DNA of 64,000 nucleotides from Pseudomonadota bacterium. Its GTDB lineage: Bacteria > Pseudomonadota > Gammaproteobacteria > Steroidobacterales > Rariloculaceae. Of the stretch, positions 28,275 to 37,685 are shown piece by piece. Within the stretch, counting starts at the first letter, position 1. Every line of letters starts with the position of its first letter. Below the pieces are notes generated by a model that was not told the DNA's origin, did no database searches, and saw nothing but the letters and a program-made list of their open reading frames with translations. The DNA is taken from NCBI GenBank assembly GCA_036337035.1, contig JAYZFC010000002.1, positions 208,138-272,137 of the forward strand. Reading direction: 5' to 3'. The position numbers and the translations under genes are program-made.

Positions 28275-29260
28275 GTAATAATAAATATAGCGCCTTTATT
28301 TATTCCATCACTCGTAGATATAATTTTTCCGTCTAATAAAGAAACTAACTTTTTGACAATATATAATCCCAATCCACTACCTGGCATAGATCTTACTAAC
28401 TCATCTCCTGATCTATAGAATTTTTCAAAAATCATTTCATTATCCTTAATTGGATACCCCATACCATCATCCTTGATAGCAAGAATTATACTATTATTTT
28501 TACATTCTCCCTTTATCTCTATATTAGAAGATTTAGCAGCATTACATGATTTAATTGAATTATCTATTATGTTTGCAATTATTGATTCAAGAATTAATCT
28601 ATCAGAATAAATATCTAATCCTTTATCTAAATTCAAACTAATATTTATATTCTCTAATAAGTCTTCTGAAAAATTAGATATACATGATTCAATTACAGTT
28701 TTTAAATAAACCTTTTCTTTCTTGATAGTAACTTTTCCTGATTCAATCTTGCTAGTATCTAGCAAGTTATCTATCATGCGTAAAAGTCTATCAACATCAC
28801 TTAAAACTCTATTAATTCTTTTATTATATCTACTAGAAGGCTTATCAAGTAAAATAGCTTCAGCTGATATCCTAATACTTGCAAGAGGTGATTTTAATTC
28901 ATGAGAAATAGCAGCTAAAAAATTTTGCTGCCTTTTTCTTAGATCATATTCTCTTCTAATTGTTACAGTAAGTATTCCAATTCCTATAATTAAAACTAGT
29001 AAGAAAAATGATCCCTCCCATATAACTCTATTAATTCTACTTTCTGAATCTTCATATAACTTTTCTATATAACTTTGGCTATATATAGTAGATTCTTCAT
29101 TTGGATCGGTAGATATCAGCACTGATAAAAATTCATCTCTAACTGTATTTGTGTAATTTACCTGATCAATAATCCAAAAAGCTACTTGCCCTATTGAAAC
29201 AATTAACAATATAAGAAGACCTATTTGTAACACATTAGTAGGGTTAAATTTTTTTAACAT
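28259..29260 (-). CDS. sensor histidine kinase (2 TM, ~50-aa outer loop, no HAMP/PAS)
   Basis: H-box FLAAISHELKSPL begins about 12 residues after TM2. N-box NIIDNSIKS and G-boxes DDGMGY, GSGLGL are present. Overlaps hemL by 17 nt and the response regulator by 16 nt. Confidence 0.85.
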   Translation of the reverse strand: MLKKFNPTNVLQIGLLILLIVSIGQVAFWIIDQVNYTNTVRDEFLSVLISTDPNEESTIYSQSYIEKLYEDSESRINRVIWEGSFFLLVLIIGIGILTVTIRREYDLRKRQQNFLAAISHELKSPLASIRISAEAILLDKPSSRYNKRINRVLSDVDRLLRMIDNLLDTSKIESGKVTIKKEKVYLKTVIESCISNFSEDLLENINISLNLDKGLDIYSDRLILESIIANIIDNSIKSCNAAKSSNIEIKGECKNNSIILAIKDDGMGYPIKDNEMIFEKFYRSGDELVRSMPGSGLGLYIVKKLVSLLDGKIISTSDGINKGAIFIITWPIE

Positions 29261-30575
29261 TTATTTCCCCAGTTTTATAATTGAAGCTACAATTAGTTAA
29301 TATTTTTTCAATTCTTTCTATAAAGAAATTAATATCTTCTTTTGTATGAACAGATGATAAAAAACCAACTTCATACGCAGAAGGAGCTATATATATGCCG
29401 CTATCTATTAGCGCATGAAATAGTCCTGAAAAGGTTTTAGCAGATCTATTATCTATAAGCTCAGCAGACCTTATTTGATAATTTGAATGAAGGGATAGCC
29501 AAAAAATTGAGCCAACCCTTGAAAAAAATATTTCAAATGGAGATTTTTTTATGATGTCATTTATAGAACTTTCAAAATATGCTCCGATATTTTCTAAGTA
29601 TTCCCAAATATTTTCCTTTTTTAAGCACTTCAGGGTCGCTAAACCAGCAGACATTGCTACAGGATTTCCTGATAATGTACCAGCTTGATAGACTCCTCCT
29701 ATAGGTGCAAGCTTCTCCATTATATTTTTTCTTGAAGCAAATGCTCCAACTGGCAAACCTCCTCCTATAACTTTTCCAAATGTTGCAATGTCAGGGATAA
29801 CATCATAATATCCTGCTGCTCCCGTTTCTCCAATCCTAAAGCCTGTTATAACTTCATCAAAAATCAATAGAGTGCCATATTGATTACATAAATCTCTTAA
29901 TAGCTTAATATAATCTTTCCTTTGAACTAATAGCCCATTATTAGCTGGTATTGGTTCTATTATTACTGCTGCTATATCAGAACCCTCTTTTGAAAAAAGC
30001 TCAATCAGCTCTTTCTCATTATCTAGTGGTAAAACTCTAGTTAATTCTGTAAATTTATTAGGTATTCCGTCTGATGATGGTTTATTAAAAGTTGTTGAGC
30101 CAGATCCAGCTGAAACCAATAATGAGTCTACATGGCCGTGGTAACAACCTGAGAACTTAACAACTATATCTCTCTTTGTTGAGCCTCTTGCAAGCCTTAT
30201 TGCACTCATTACTGCTTCTGTACCAGAAGAAACAAATCTTATTTGCTCAATGCCTGGGTATGAAGAAACTATTTCTTCAGCTAACATAACTTCAGCCTCA
30301 CAAGGTGCTCCAAATGAAGTGCCTAAGCTTGCTGCTAATTTAATTGATTTCAAAACTTCTGAATTAGCATGTCCAAGGATAAGAGGACCCCAAGAACCTA
30401 AAAAATCTAAATATGAATTTCCATCTTGATCAGTTAAATACGAAGATTTTCCTGACTTAATAACTTTTGGTAATCCACTGACTGCATGAAATGCTCTAAC
30501 TGGAGAATTAACACCTGCAGGGATAACTTTTTTTGCTCTAGTAAACAGTTCCTTAGATTTAGATTTCATAGCCAC
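29244..30575 (-). CDS. hemL: glutamate-1-semialdehyde 2,1-aminomutase
   Basis: 443 aa. IPAGVNSPVRAF, GSWGPLILGH, FDEVITGFR, TFGKVIGGGLPVGAF (PLP lysine). Confidence 0.92.
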   Translation of the reverse strand: MAMKSKSKELFTRAKKVIPAGVNSPVRAFHAVSGLPKVIKSGKSSYLTDQDGNSYLDFLGSWGPLILGHANSEVLKSIKLAASLGTSFGAPCEAEVMLAEEIVSSYPGIEQIRFVSSGTEAVMSAIRLARGSTKRDIVVKFSGCYHGHVDSLLVSAGSGSTTFNKPSSDGIPNKFTELTRVLPLDNEKELIELFSKEGSDIAAVIIEPIPANNGLLVQRKDYIKLLRDLCNQYGTLLIFDEVITGFRIGETGAAGYYDVIPDIATFGKVIGGGLPVGAFASRKNIMEKLAPIGGVYQAGTLSGNPVAMSAGLATLKCLKKENIWEYLENIGAYFESSINDIIKKSPFEIFFSRVGSIFWLSLHSNYQIRSAELIDNRSAKTFSGLFHALIDSGIYIAPSAYEVGFLSSVHTKEDINFFIERIEKILTNCSFNYKTGEINVKKI

Positions 30576-31549
30576 TGGCCTTTGATTGCATCCCTCGCAT
30601 GATATGAGATTATTTGATTAGCCCCAGCTCTAGCTATTGCATATAAATTTTCTCTAACAACTGAAGCTTCATCTAACCAACCTTTTTCTGCAGCTGCCTT
30701 AACAGCAGAGTATTCACCAGAAACATTATATGCAGATAAGGGCAGTGAGCATTCAGAACTAACTGTTTTTATTATATCCAAAAAGGCTAGAGCTGGTTTA
30801 ACCATAAGCATATCTGCACCCTCTTCTTCATCTATTTTAGCTTCTCTAATCGCCTCTTTAACATTTCTTATATCCATTTGGTAAGTTTTCCTATCGCCAT
30901 CATTAGGTGATGAATCAGCAGCTTCTCTAAATGGGCCGTAGTATGCTGAAGCATACTTTACAGCATAAGAAAGGATGCCTACATTCTCTAAATCTTCCTT
31001 ATCAAGAGTTTCTCTAATTTTTTTAACTCTCCCATCCATCATGTCTGAAGGGGCCACAATATCTGCTCCAGCTTCTGCATGACTTAAAGCAATATTTGCT
31101 ATTGCATCTAAAGATAAGTCATTGATAACATGGCTATTTTTAACAAATCCACAATGGCCGTGATCTGTATAAGCACAAAGACAGACATCAGTAATAACAA
31201 TAACTTCATCACCAAAGGTATCTTTTAGTCTTCTCACTGCGTTTTGAATGACACCTTTCGAATTCCATGCTTCCCTACCATCAGGAAACTTATCACTTAA
31301 ACTACCCGGTTGGCCAAAAAGTAAAACAGCATTAATTCCTATTTTCAAATCAATATCTACTTCCTTTAAAAGCTCTTCTATGCCTAACTTAAACCTTCCA
31401 GGCATTGACAAAATCTCTTCTCTTTCAGTTGGTTTTGGTAAAAGAAAATGAGGAATAATAAACTGTTTTGGTAAAATATTTATTTCAGCATTAAGATCTC
31501 TAATAGCTTTAGATTTTCTATTCCTACGTGGTCTTTTAACTATATTCAT
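30566..31549 (-). CDS. hemB: porphobilinogen synthase (delta-aminolevulinate dehydratase), Cys-rich Zn-site type
   Basis: 327 aa. RPRRNR N-terminus, DVCLCAYTDHGHCG zinc site, MVKPA active-site lysine, SGEY. Confidence 0.92.
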   Translation of the reverse strand: MNIVKRPRRNRKSKAIRDLNAEINILPKQFIIPHFLLPKPTEREEILSMPGRFKLGIEELLKEVDIDLKIGINAVLLFGQPGSLSDKFPDGREAWNSKGVIQNAVRRLKDTFGDEVIVITDVCLCAYTDHGHCGFVKNSHVINDLSLDAIANIALSHAEAGADIVAPSDMMDGRVKKIRETLDKEDLENVGILSYAVKYASAYYGPFREAADSSPNDGDRKTYQMDIRNVKEAIREAKIDEEEGADMLMVKPALAFLDIIKTVSSECSLPLSAYNVSGEYSAVKAAAEKGWLDEASVVRENLYAIARAGANQIISYHARDAIKGQWL

Positions 31550-32264
31550 TCATCACCCTAATTAATCCTTCTAATCCCGGTTTTTCAGAAACACCCATTA
31601 CCTTTATTCCTAGAGATTCAGCTTTCTTCTTTGTCGTATTGCCAATGGTATAAACCTTTGCTTCTACATCATTCTCTACCTGATTAACAAATCCCTGAAC
31701 AGCAGATGGGCTTGCAAAAAAAATAGTATTTATATTAATTTCTGATAGTAATTTTTTTTTATTTAATTGCTTAATTGGTTCCGTTCTATAAATATTTATC
31801 CTTTCACATAAAATATCTTCAGATATTAGCTTTTTTTCAATAATATTATTTGCATTTTCTGCAACAGCTAATAAGACTTTGCTACCTTTATCGATTATTG
31901 AAACGAGCTCTTTTGAAAATGATATTGAATTACTCTCTACTCCCACATAATTAACTCTATTAAAATAATTTTTACAACTATCTTCAGTGGCTTGACCAAT
32001 TGCTGCAATCTTTGTGTCTGTAGAGATCTTGTAGCTATTTATCTTGCTGAAATATTCCACTCCCTTTCTTGATGTAAAAACTATCCAGTCTATTTTCTGT
32101 ATTTGACTTATTTTTTTATTTAATTTTGATTTTTCAATAGAAATAAAATCAATACATGGAAGAATAGTGCTATGAAAACCTATTTCCTTTATTTTAGAAG
32201 ACCAATTAATACTATCTTCCTTGCTCCTAGTAAGTAATATTCGATAATTATATTCTATATTCAT
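31536..32264 (-). CDS. hemD: uroporphyrinogen-III synthase
   Basis: 242 aa. ILLTRSKEDS start and a two-lobed size and pattern. The position between hemC and hemB (4-nt and 14-nt overlaps) supports the call. Confidence 0.65.
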   Translation of the reverse strand: MNIEYNYRILLTRSKEDSINWSSKIKEIGFHSTILPCIDFISIEKSKLNKKISQIQKIDWIVFTSRKGVEYFSKINSYKISTDTKIAAIGQATEDSCKNYFNRVNYVGVESNSISFSKELVSIIDKGSKVLLAVAENANNIIEKKLISEDILCERINIYRTEPIKQLNKKKLLSEININTIFFASPSAVQGFVNQVENDVEAKVYTIGNTTKKKAESLGIKVMGVSEKPGLEGLIRVMNEYS

Positions 32265-33169
32265 TTTTTTATTAATATTGACATAGTTTTTTTAAATAAC
32301 TCTTTCCTATTTTTTCCTCTTACTCTAGATTCTATTATCTTTCCATTTAACTCTAATCTTGAAACTAATTTAATATACTGATTATCATCTGTATCAGGGA
32401 AGCAATATGAACCAAAAGGTAAATTGCATCCGCCTTCAAACTGAGCTAATAAAAGCCTCTCTAAATCTACATTTCTTCTTGCATCAGAATCATTAATACT
32501 TTCTATTATTTTTTTAATATTAGTATTTCTTTCATGACACTGAATAGCTATTGCTCCTTGTGACGGAGCTGGTATAAATATCTCTGGATCTAATCTAATA
32601 ATTTCTAGCCCTTCTAAATTTAGATTAATTTTATTATCTAATAGTCTTTGAATACCTGCATTTGCTAATACTATAGCATCATAACCTTTATTAATTTTTT
32701 TAATACGAGTAGGAACATTTCCTCTGATAGGCTTTATTTTTATATCATCTCTAAAATACTCTAACCAAGACTTTCTTCTTACAGATGATGTTCCAATAAC
32801 TGAGTTCTCCTTCAAAGGAATAAAACCTAATGAGCTATCAACATAATCTCTATTAGCAACAATAATATCTGCTGGATCAATTCTTTCACTAATTGCAGCT
32901 ATAGTAAGACCTTCCGATGAAGTTGCAGGTAGGTCCTTACATGAATGCACAGCTATATCTACTTTACCCTCAATTAATGCCTTTTCAATTTCCTTAACAA
33001 AAATACCTATAGGTCCTATTTCACTAAAATTCAAATTATTAGACAAATCACCGACTGTATCTATTTTAACTAGCTCAGTCTTGTGGCCCATAGACGATAA
33101 ATGTTTTGAAACAGATAATGACTGTTTTATAGCTAGATCAGAACTTCGAGTACCTATTCTTATATGCAT
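32261..33169 (-). CDS. hemC: hydroxymethylbilane synthase (porphobilinogen deaminase)
   Basis: 302 aa. IRIGTRSSDLAIKQ, DIAVHSCKDLP, GTSSVRR, RGNVPTR, and a dipyrromethane Cys in GGCNLP. Confidence 0.92.
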   Translation of the reverse strand: MHIRIGTRSSDLAIKQSLSVSKHLSSMGHKTELVKIDTVGDLSNNLNFSEIGPIGIFVKEIEKALIEGKVDIAVHSCKDLPATSSEGLTIAAISERIDPADIIVANRDYVDSSLGFIPLKENSVIGTSSVRRKSWLEYFRDDIKIKPIRGNVPTRIKKINKGYDAIVLANAGIQRLLDNKINLNLEGLEIIRLDPEIFIPAPSQGAIAIQCHERNTNIKKIIESINDSDARRNVDLERLLLAQFEGGCNLPFGSYCFPDTDDNQYIKLVSRLELNGKIIESRVRGKNRKELFKKTMSILIKK

Positions 33170-34503
33170 TACTTAATTACCTTATCATCCTGTTCTAGCT
33201 GAAGGCTTAAAACAGATTTCAATTCTTTTGCAAAGTCCTCATCAACCCCTTCTAAAAAAGCATCTAATGAGCCTTCTGGGCCCTTATGAATTAATCCTCT
33301 AATACCAACAGACGGAATATGAGCAAATCTCTTTGCTAAAGAAGTGCACCATGCCTTTATCGCATCCTTCTCCTTGCTACCAATCCCTTTTAATTCTTTT
33401 CTCATAAGTTTTTTTAATCCTTCTTGTGCAGTATAATGATATCTATCTTGTAAAATAGAGAAAATGGGAGCATACATTCTCTCTGCATATACCTCAGGAA
33501 GATCTAATAAAGCCTTATCTATAATCTCTCTAGCAATTGCTGACTCATTTAATCTAGAACTATGATTCTTTTTTGCTTCATTATTAATTTGATCTAAACC
33601 AATTCTTTTAATTCCTAGAATATCGCATGCTTTAGGATCAATATCATACGTTAAAGACATATCAATAAATAATTTATCACTTAGCTGAGATCCATTGATA
33701 GTCAATTTCTCTAAGAAAATCTTATCAAAAATATAATTATCTGAACTAGTTGAAGAAAATAAGCAAGAAAAATTATCTGGTGAAGATAAGAACTTTTCTA
33801 ATGAAATATATTTAGTATTATATTGATTAGATATTTTTTTAATCTTATTTACTGTTCTATTAATAAAAAAGAATGGGATATTAATTTCATGTAAAGATTT
33901 AGCAACTTTCTTAATAACATCTGACATGCCAACTAAAGCAATAGGCTCTTTATAGTTATCATAATGATTCTTAATATGAATAATTGAAATCTCTGATAAT
34001 GATGTTTTCCCTCTGCTTATTCCAGTTGCTTCTCTTACATTAGCAGAAACTTTTAGTGCTTGCTCAAATAATAAATCTATCCTCTGTCCTATAAGATTAT
34101 TTCTTAAAAATAAATCCTTACATTTCTTAACCTGTCCTGTTATCTCAGTCTCACCAAGAGCTGCAGAATCTAATCCTGAGGTAACTAAAAATATGTGTTC
34201 GCAGGCTCCCTCAGAATGCCATGCTCTAAGTTTTTTTCTTGCCTCTCCTGGCGCTGGTTTATTTCCTGTTAATAGCTCAAATATAAATGGCCTAAGATCT
34301 TTATGCTCAGTATATTTAGTTGAGGAATAGATTATTTCAATTCTATTACAAGTAGTTAAATAGACAATTCCAGATAACCCATGTCTAATCTTAAAATCTT
34401 CTAATTTATTATGTAATCCCTGTTCCTCTAGCAAGTATTGCTTAAGATCAACAGTCTGATCCTGTCTCCATGATGTACCTACAACATTAAGATCATCTAA
34501 CAT
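33169..34503 (-). CDS. hemA: glutamyl-tRNA reductase (divergent)
   Basis: 444 aa. TTCNRIEIIY active-site Cys motif, HIFLVTSGLDSAALGETEITGQVK, INRT. The N-terminus and dinucleotide-binding loop are atypical. Confidence 0.8.
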   Translation of the reverse strand: MLDDLNVVGTSWRQDQTVDLKQYLLEEQGLHNKLEDFKIRHGLSGIVYLTTCNRIEIIYSSTKYTEHKDLRPFIFELLTGNKPAPGEARKKLRAWHSEGACEHIFLVTSGLDSAALGETEITGQVKKCKDLFLRNNLIGQRIDLLFEQALKVSANVREATGISRGKTSLSEISIIHIKNHYDNYKEPIALVGMSDVIKKVAKSLHEINIPFFFINRTVNKIKKISNQYNTKYISLEKFLSSPDNFSCLFSSTSSDNYIFDKIFLEKLTINGSQLSDKLFIDMSLTYDIDPKACDILGIKRIGLDQINNEAKKNHSSRLNESAIAREIIDKALLDLPEVYAERMYAPIFSILQDRYHYTAQEGLKKLMRKELKGIGSKEKDAIKAWCTSLAKRFAHIPSVGIRGLIHKGPEGSLDAFLEGVDEDFAKELKSVLSLQLEQDDKVIK

Positions 34504-34554
34504 ACTATTACCTATGATTGAAAATAGAATAATATGTTTTATACTTATCTACAT

Positions 34555-34571
34555 TGTCACGTAAATGTCAC
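34555..34571. promoter_or_regulatory. TGTCAC-N5-TGTCAC direct repeat (11-bp phasing) in the hemA upstream region; candidate operator
   Basis: Read directly: TGTCAC at 34555-34560 and at 34566-34571, 52-68 bp upstream of the hemA ATG inside the 76-bp intergenic gap. Function is inferred only. Confidence 0.25.
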
Positions 34572-34579
34572 ATTTTCCT

Positions 34580-35620
34580 CTATTTAAAAGATGTTAAAAC
34601 TACTTTCTGTAAGTCATCAAAATTATCCTGTATTTGTTTTGCTAAATTTAACTGTCCTTTTGATCTAATAATATTATGCTCACTATGGCTATTATAGATT
34701 TTATTATTCCAGCTAAAATATGACTCATTTAAAGCATCTACACAAAATCTTGCTGATAATTCAAGAGTAATAAATAAAAAGGAGGGCAATATATTTTCAT
34801 ACTCAGTTTTCTTTAAGATATCTCTACCTTCGATTGCATATCCCTCCAATACATTTTTAAAATAAGATAAAGATAAAGTAGAATCTTCGTGATCTTCACT
34901 TTTTTGATTGCACCATGAGCGAAGTGCATCTCCAATTTCATAATATATTGGCCTTTCACCTAAAGTATCTAAGTCAATGAGGCATATAGCCTCATCCTTA
35001 TCATTAAATATAATGTTTGTAATCTTAGGGTCTCCGTGAACTTTCCTTAACTGGCTATCATCTAAATTAGGCATTAATTCAGATAAATTAAATATTTGAT
35101 TTGATATTTCCTTTACTATTTTAATATTTTTATGATTTTTTTTGTTAATTAAAGTTTTTTCTATTTCTTCTTTATAATAGGAGAAATTATAATGATATTT
35201 TTTTTTATAAGAAAAATTATAATCATAATTGTTAATAATTTTATGAAACCTACCTAATAATTCTCCTGCACTTCTTGCCTGTTGTTTATTCTTTAGACAA
35301 TTAAAATTATGGCCTTCAATATAGCTTAGCTGCCTCCATACATATCCATCCAGTTCAATAAAAATTTCTCCAGTAGTACTAGGTATAATTGATGGTGTTT
35401 TAAAATTATTTTTTAAAAAAAATTTAGTTATGTTATCTATATCTTTATTAATTTCCTTGGGAAAGATTTTATTGACTCTTTGAATTATTGACCTAGGTTT
35501 GCCATTATTTTTCACCACCCAAGTCTTATTTATCAAACCTGAATCAATAATCTCTAGATCAGAACCATCAAGGCCAAAGAATTTCCTAATTCTATTATCA
35601 ATGAGTTTATCTTGATTCAT
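34580..35620 (-). CDS. APH-fold phosphotransferase, N-acetylhexosamine-1-kinase (NahK)-like
   Basis: 346 aa. SIIQRVNKIF, VHGDPKITNIIFNDKDEAICLIDLDTLGERPIYYEIGDALRSW resembles the NahK-type H(G/N)D.K..N...D...IDLDT..PG...D.GD..R catalytic region. Confidence 0.55.
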   Translation of the reverse strand: MNQDKLIDNRIRKFFGLDGSDLEIIDSGLINKTWVVKNNGKPRSIIQRVNKIFPKEINKDIDNITKFFLKNNFKTPSIIPSTTGEIFIELDGYVWRQLSYIEGHNFNCLKNKQQARSAGELLGRFHKIINNYDYNFSYKKKYHYNFSYYKEEIEKTLINKKNHKNIKIVKEISNQIFNLSELMPNLDDSQLRKVHGDPKITNIIFNDKDEAICLIDLDTLGERPIYYEIGDALRSWCNQKSEDHEDSTLSLSYFKNVLEGYAIEGRDILKKTEYENILPSFLFITLELSARFCVDALNESYFSWNNKIYNSHSEHNIIRSKGQLNLAKQIQDNFDDLQKVVLTSFK

Positions 35621-35622
35621 TT

Positions 35623-36075
35623 TTACTCATATGGCTGTCCTATCACAGAAATGACTTGTTCTCTCTCAAAGCCTCTTGACTCTAAATATCGCAATCTTTT
35701 TGCATATTCATTTATATTATCTATAGCGCTATTTTTAAATTTTTTGTTTAGCACCTTCTCAGCTAGGCGAGACCAATCATATTCTAAATCATTAAATAAT
35801 GAGTCTATTAAGTCTTTATCTATACCCTTTCTTCTTAATTCTGATTTAATTTTAATAGGTCCCTGACCTGCAGAATATTTGAAATGAAAAAATTCTCTAG
35901 CAAACCTATGGTCATCTAAATATTTTTTATTTAGTAGTAATTTTATTGTTCTATCAACCAATGCAATAGAAAACCCTCTATCTAGAAGCTTACGCTTGAG
36001 CTCTAAACTACTATGATCTCTCCTAGAGAGAAGATCTAAAGATTTTTTTTTGCAAGCGTTTTCTTCTTCAGTCAA
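35623..36075 (-). CDS. recX: RecA regulator RecX
   Basis: 150 aa. [21 protein letters not shown] repeat-helix pattern. Lies immediately downstream of recA with a 4-nt overlap. Confidence 0.82.
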   Translation of the reverse strand: MTEEENACKKKSLDLLSRRDHSSLELKRKLLDRGFSIALVDRTIKLLLNKKYLDDHRFAREFFHFKYSAGQGPIKIKSELRRKGIDKDLIDSLFNDLEYDWSRLAEKVLNKKFKNSAIDNINEYAKRLRYLESRGFEREQVISVIGQPYE

Positions 36076-37118
36076 GCTTTTTTAGAATCATTATTTTCTT
36101 GTTTAGGAACAGATTTTTCTGCTTGCCTATTAGGAATTAATTTCTCCTTAACCCTAGCCTCTATCTCATTTGCTATCTCAGGATTTTCTAGAAGAAATTC
36201 TCTAGTATTATCTTTACCTTGACCAATTCTATTATCCTGATAGCTATACCATGAGCCTGATTTATCAACAATACCTTGCTCTACTCCTAAATCGATCAGC
36301 TCGCCTTCTCGAGATATACCAAGCCCGTAAAGAATTTCAAACTCTGCTTGTCTAAAAGGTGGGGAGAGTTTATTTTTCAGAACTTTTACTCTAGTTTCAT
36401 TACCAAGAATATTATCGCCTTTTTTGATAGCTCCAATCCTTCTTATATCAAGTCTAACTGAAGAGTAAAACTTAAGTGCATTCCCACCTGTTGTTGTTTC
36501 AGGATTTCCAAACATTACACCTATTTTCATACGAATTTGATTTATAAAAATAACCATACAGTTTGATTTTTTTATATTACCAGTTAGCTTTCTTAATGCC
36601 TGTGACATCAATCGAGCATGAAGACCCATATGAGAATCACCCATCTCTCCCTCAATTTCAGCTTTTGGTGTCAAGGCAGCAACAGAATCTACTACAATAA
36701 TGTCTACAGCCCCAGAACCAACAAACCTATCTATTATTTCTAATGCTTGCTCACCCGTATCTGGCTGACTAAGCAAAAGCTCGTCTATCTTTACGCCTAA
36801 TTTTTCAGCATAAACTGGGTCTAAGGCATGTTCTGCGTCTACAAAAACTGCTGTCCCTCCCATCTTCTGGGCTTCAGCAACTACTTGGAGAGTAAGAGTA
36901 GTTTTACCTGATGCTTCAGGACCATAAACTTCTATAATTCTCCCCTTTGGTAAACCCCCAATGCCTAAAGCAATATCTAACCCTATTGATCCTGTAGAAA
37001 TAACATCAATATCATTACTAGCAGAAGAATCCCCAAGCCTCATTACGGAGCCCTTTCCAAATTGTTTTTCTATCTGATCTAGAGCGGCACTTAGTGCCTT
37101 ATCTTTACCTTCTTTCAT
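36072..37118 (-). CDS. recA: recombinase A
   Basis: 348 aa. [10 protein letters not shown] Walker [38 protein letters not shown]. Confidence 0.98.
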   Translation of the reverse strand: MKEGKDKALSAALDQIEKQFGKGSVMRLGDSSASNDIDVISTGSIGLDIALGIGGLPKGRIIEVYGPEASGKTTLTLQVVAEAQKMGGTAVFVDAEHALDPVYAEKLGVKIDELLLSQPDTGEQALEIIDRFVGSGAVDIIVVDSVAALTPKAEIEGEMGDSHMGLHARLMSQALRKLTGNIKKSNCMVIFINQIRMKIGVMFGNPETTTGGNALKFYSSVRLDIRRIGAIKKGDNILGNETRVKVLKNKLSPPFRQAEFEILYGLGISREGELIDLGVEQGIVDKSGSWYSYQDNRIGQGKDNTREFLLENPEIANEIEARVKEKLIPNRQAEKSVPKQENNDSKKA

Positions 37119-37163
37119 AAATTTTATTCCAATTGAACATATTTTTAACCAACAACTAAAATA

Positions 37164-37685
37164 TCACTGAGTACTAAGATTAGCAATCTCAATAAGACCG
37201 TATAGAGCCTTCTCTGCACTAGCATAACGAATTGCTTCCCTATCTCCAGTGAAATAACAAGTCTCAGATATAGCTTCAACCTTAGTAGCCCATCCAAAAC
37301 ATACAGTACCAACTGGTTTAGAATCATTACCACCCTCAGGACCAGCAATACCGGTAACTCCGACAGATATATCAGCACCGCTCATTGTCATAATATTTTT
37401 AGCCATATCTAGCGCAATAATTTCGCTAACAACACCTTTATCATTTATTTTACCCTCATCTATATTTAAAAATCTTACTTTAGAAGAATTGCTATATGTA
37501 ATGATTCCATTTGTGAACCATTCTGAACTACCAGAAGTATCTGTTATTATTTTAGAAATCAATCCACCTGTACAAGATTCAGCAGTTGCAAGATTCCAGT
37601 TCTCTTTAATAAGGATTTTACTTAATTTAATAGCCAATGACTGAGATTTTTTAATGTCTAAACAATTCATATATTTCATGAACAA
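37164..37685 (-). CDS. pncC: CinA C-terminal-domain protein / nicotinamide-nucleotide amidase
   Basis: 173 aa. ATAESCTGGL, GVTGIAGPEGG, KPVGTV. Confidence 0.82.
   Translation of the reverse strand: MFMKYMNCLDIKKSQSLAIKLSKILIKENWNLATAESCTGGLISKIITDTSGSSEWFTNGIITYSNSSKVRFLNIDEGKINDKGVVSEIIALDMAKNIMTMSGADISVGVTGIAGPEGGNDSKPVGTVCFGWATKVEAISETCYFTGDREAIRYASAEKALYGLIEIANLSTQ

Noticed and set aside
37145-37378. 77-aa minus-strand ORF in another frame of the pncC/cinA gene.
   Set aside because: It is an alternative frame of a gene with clear CinA motifs. Its Leu/Val-rich sequence is typical of an out-of-frame translation.
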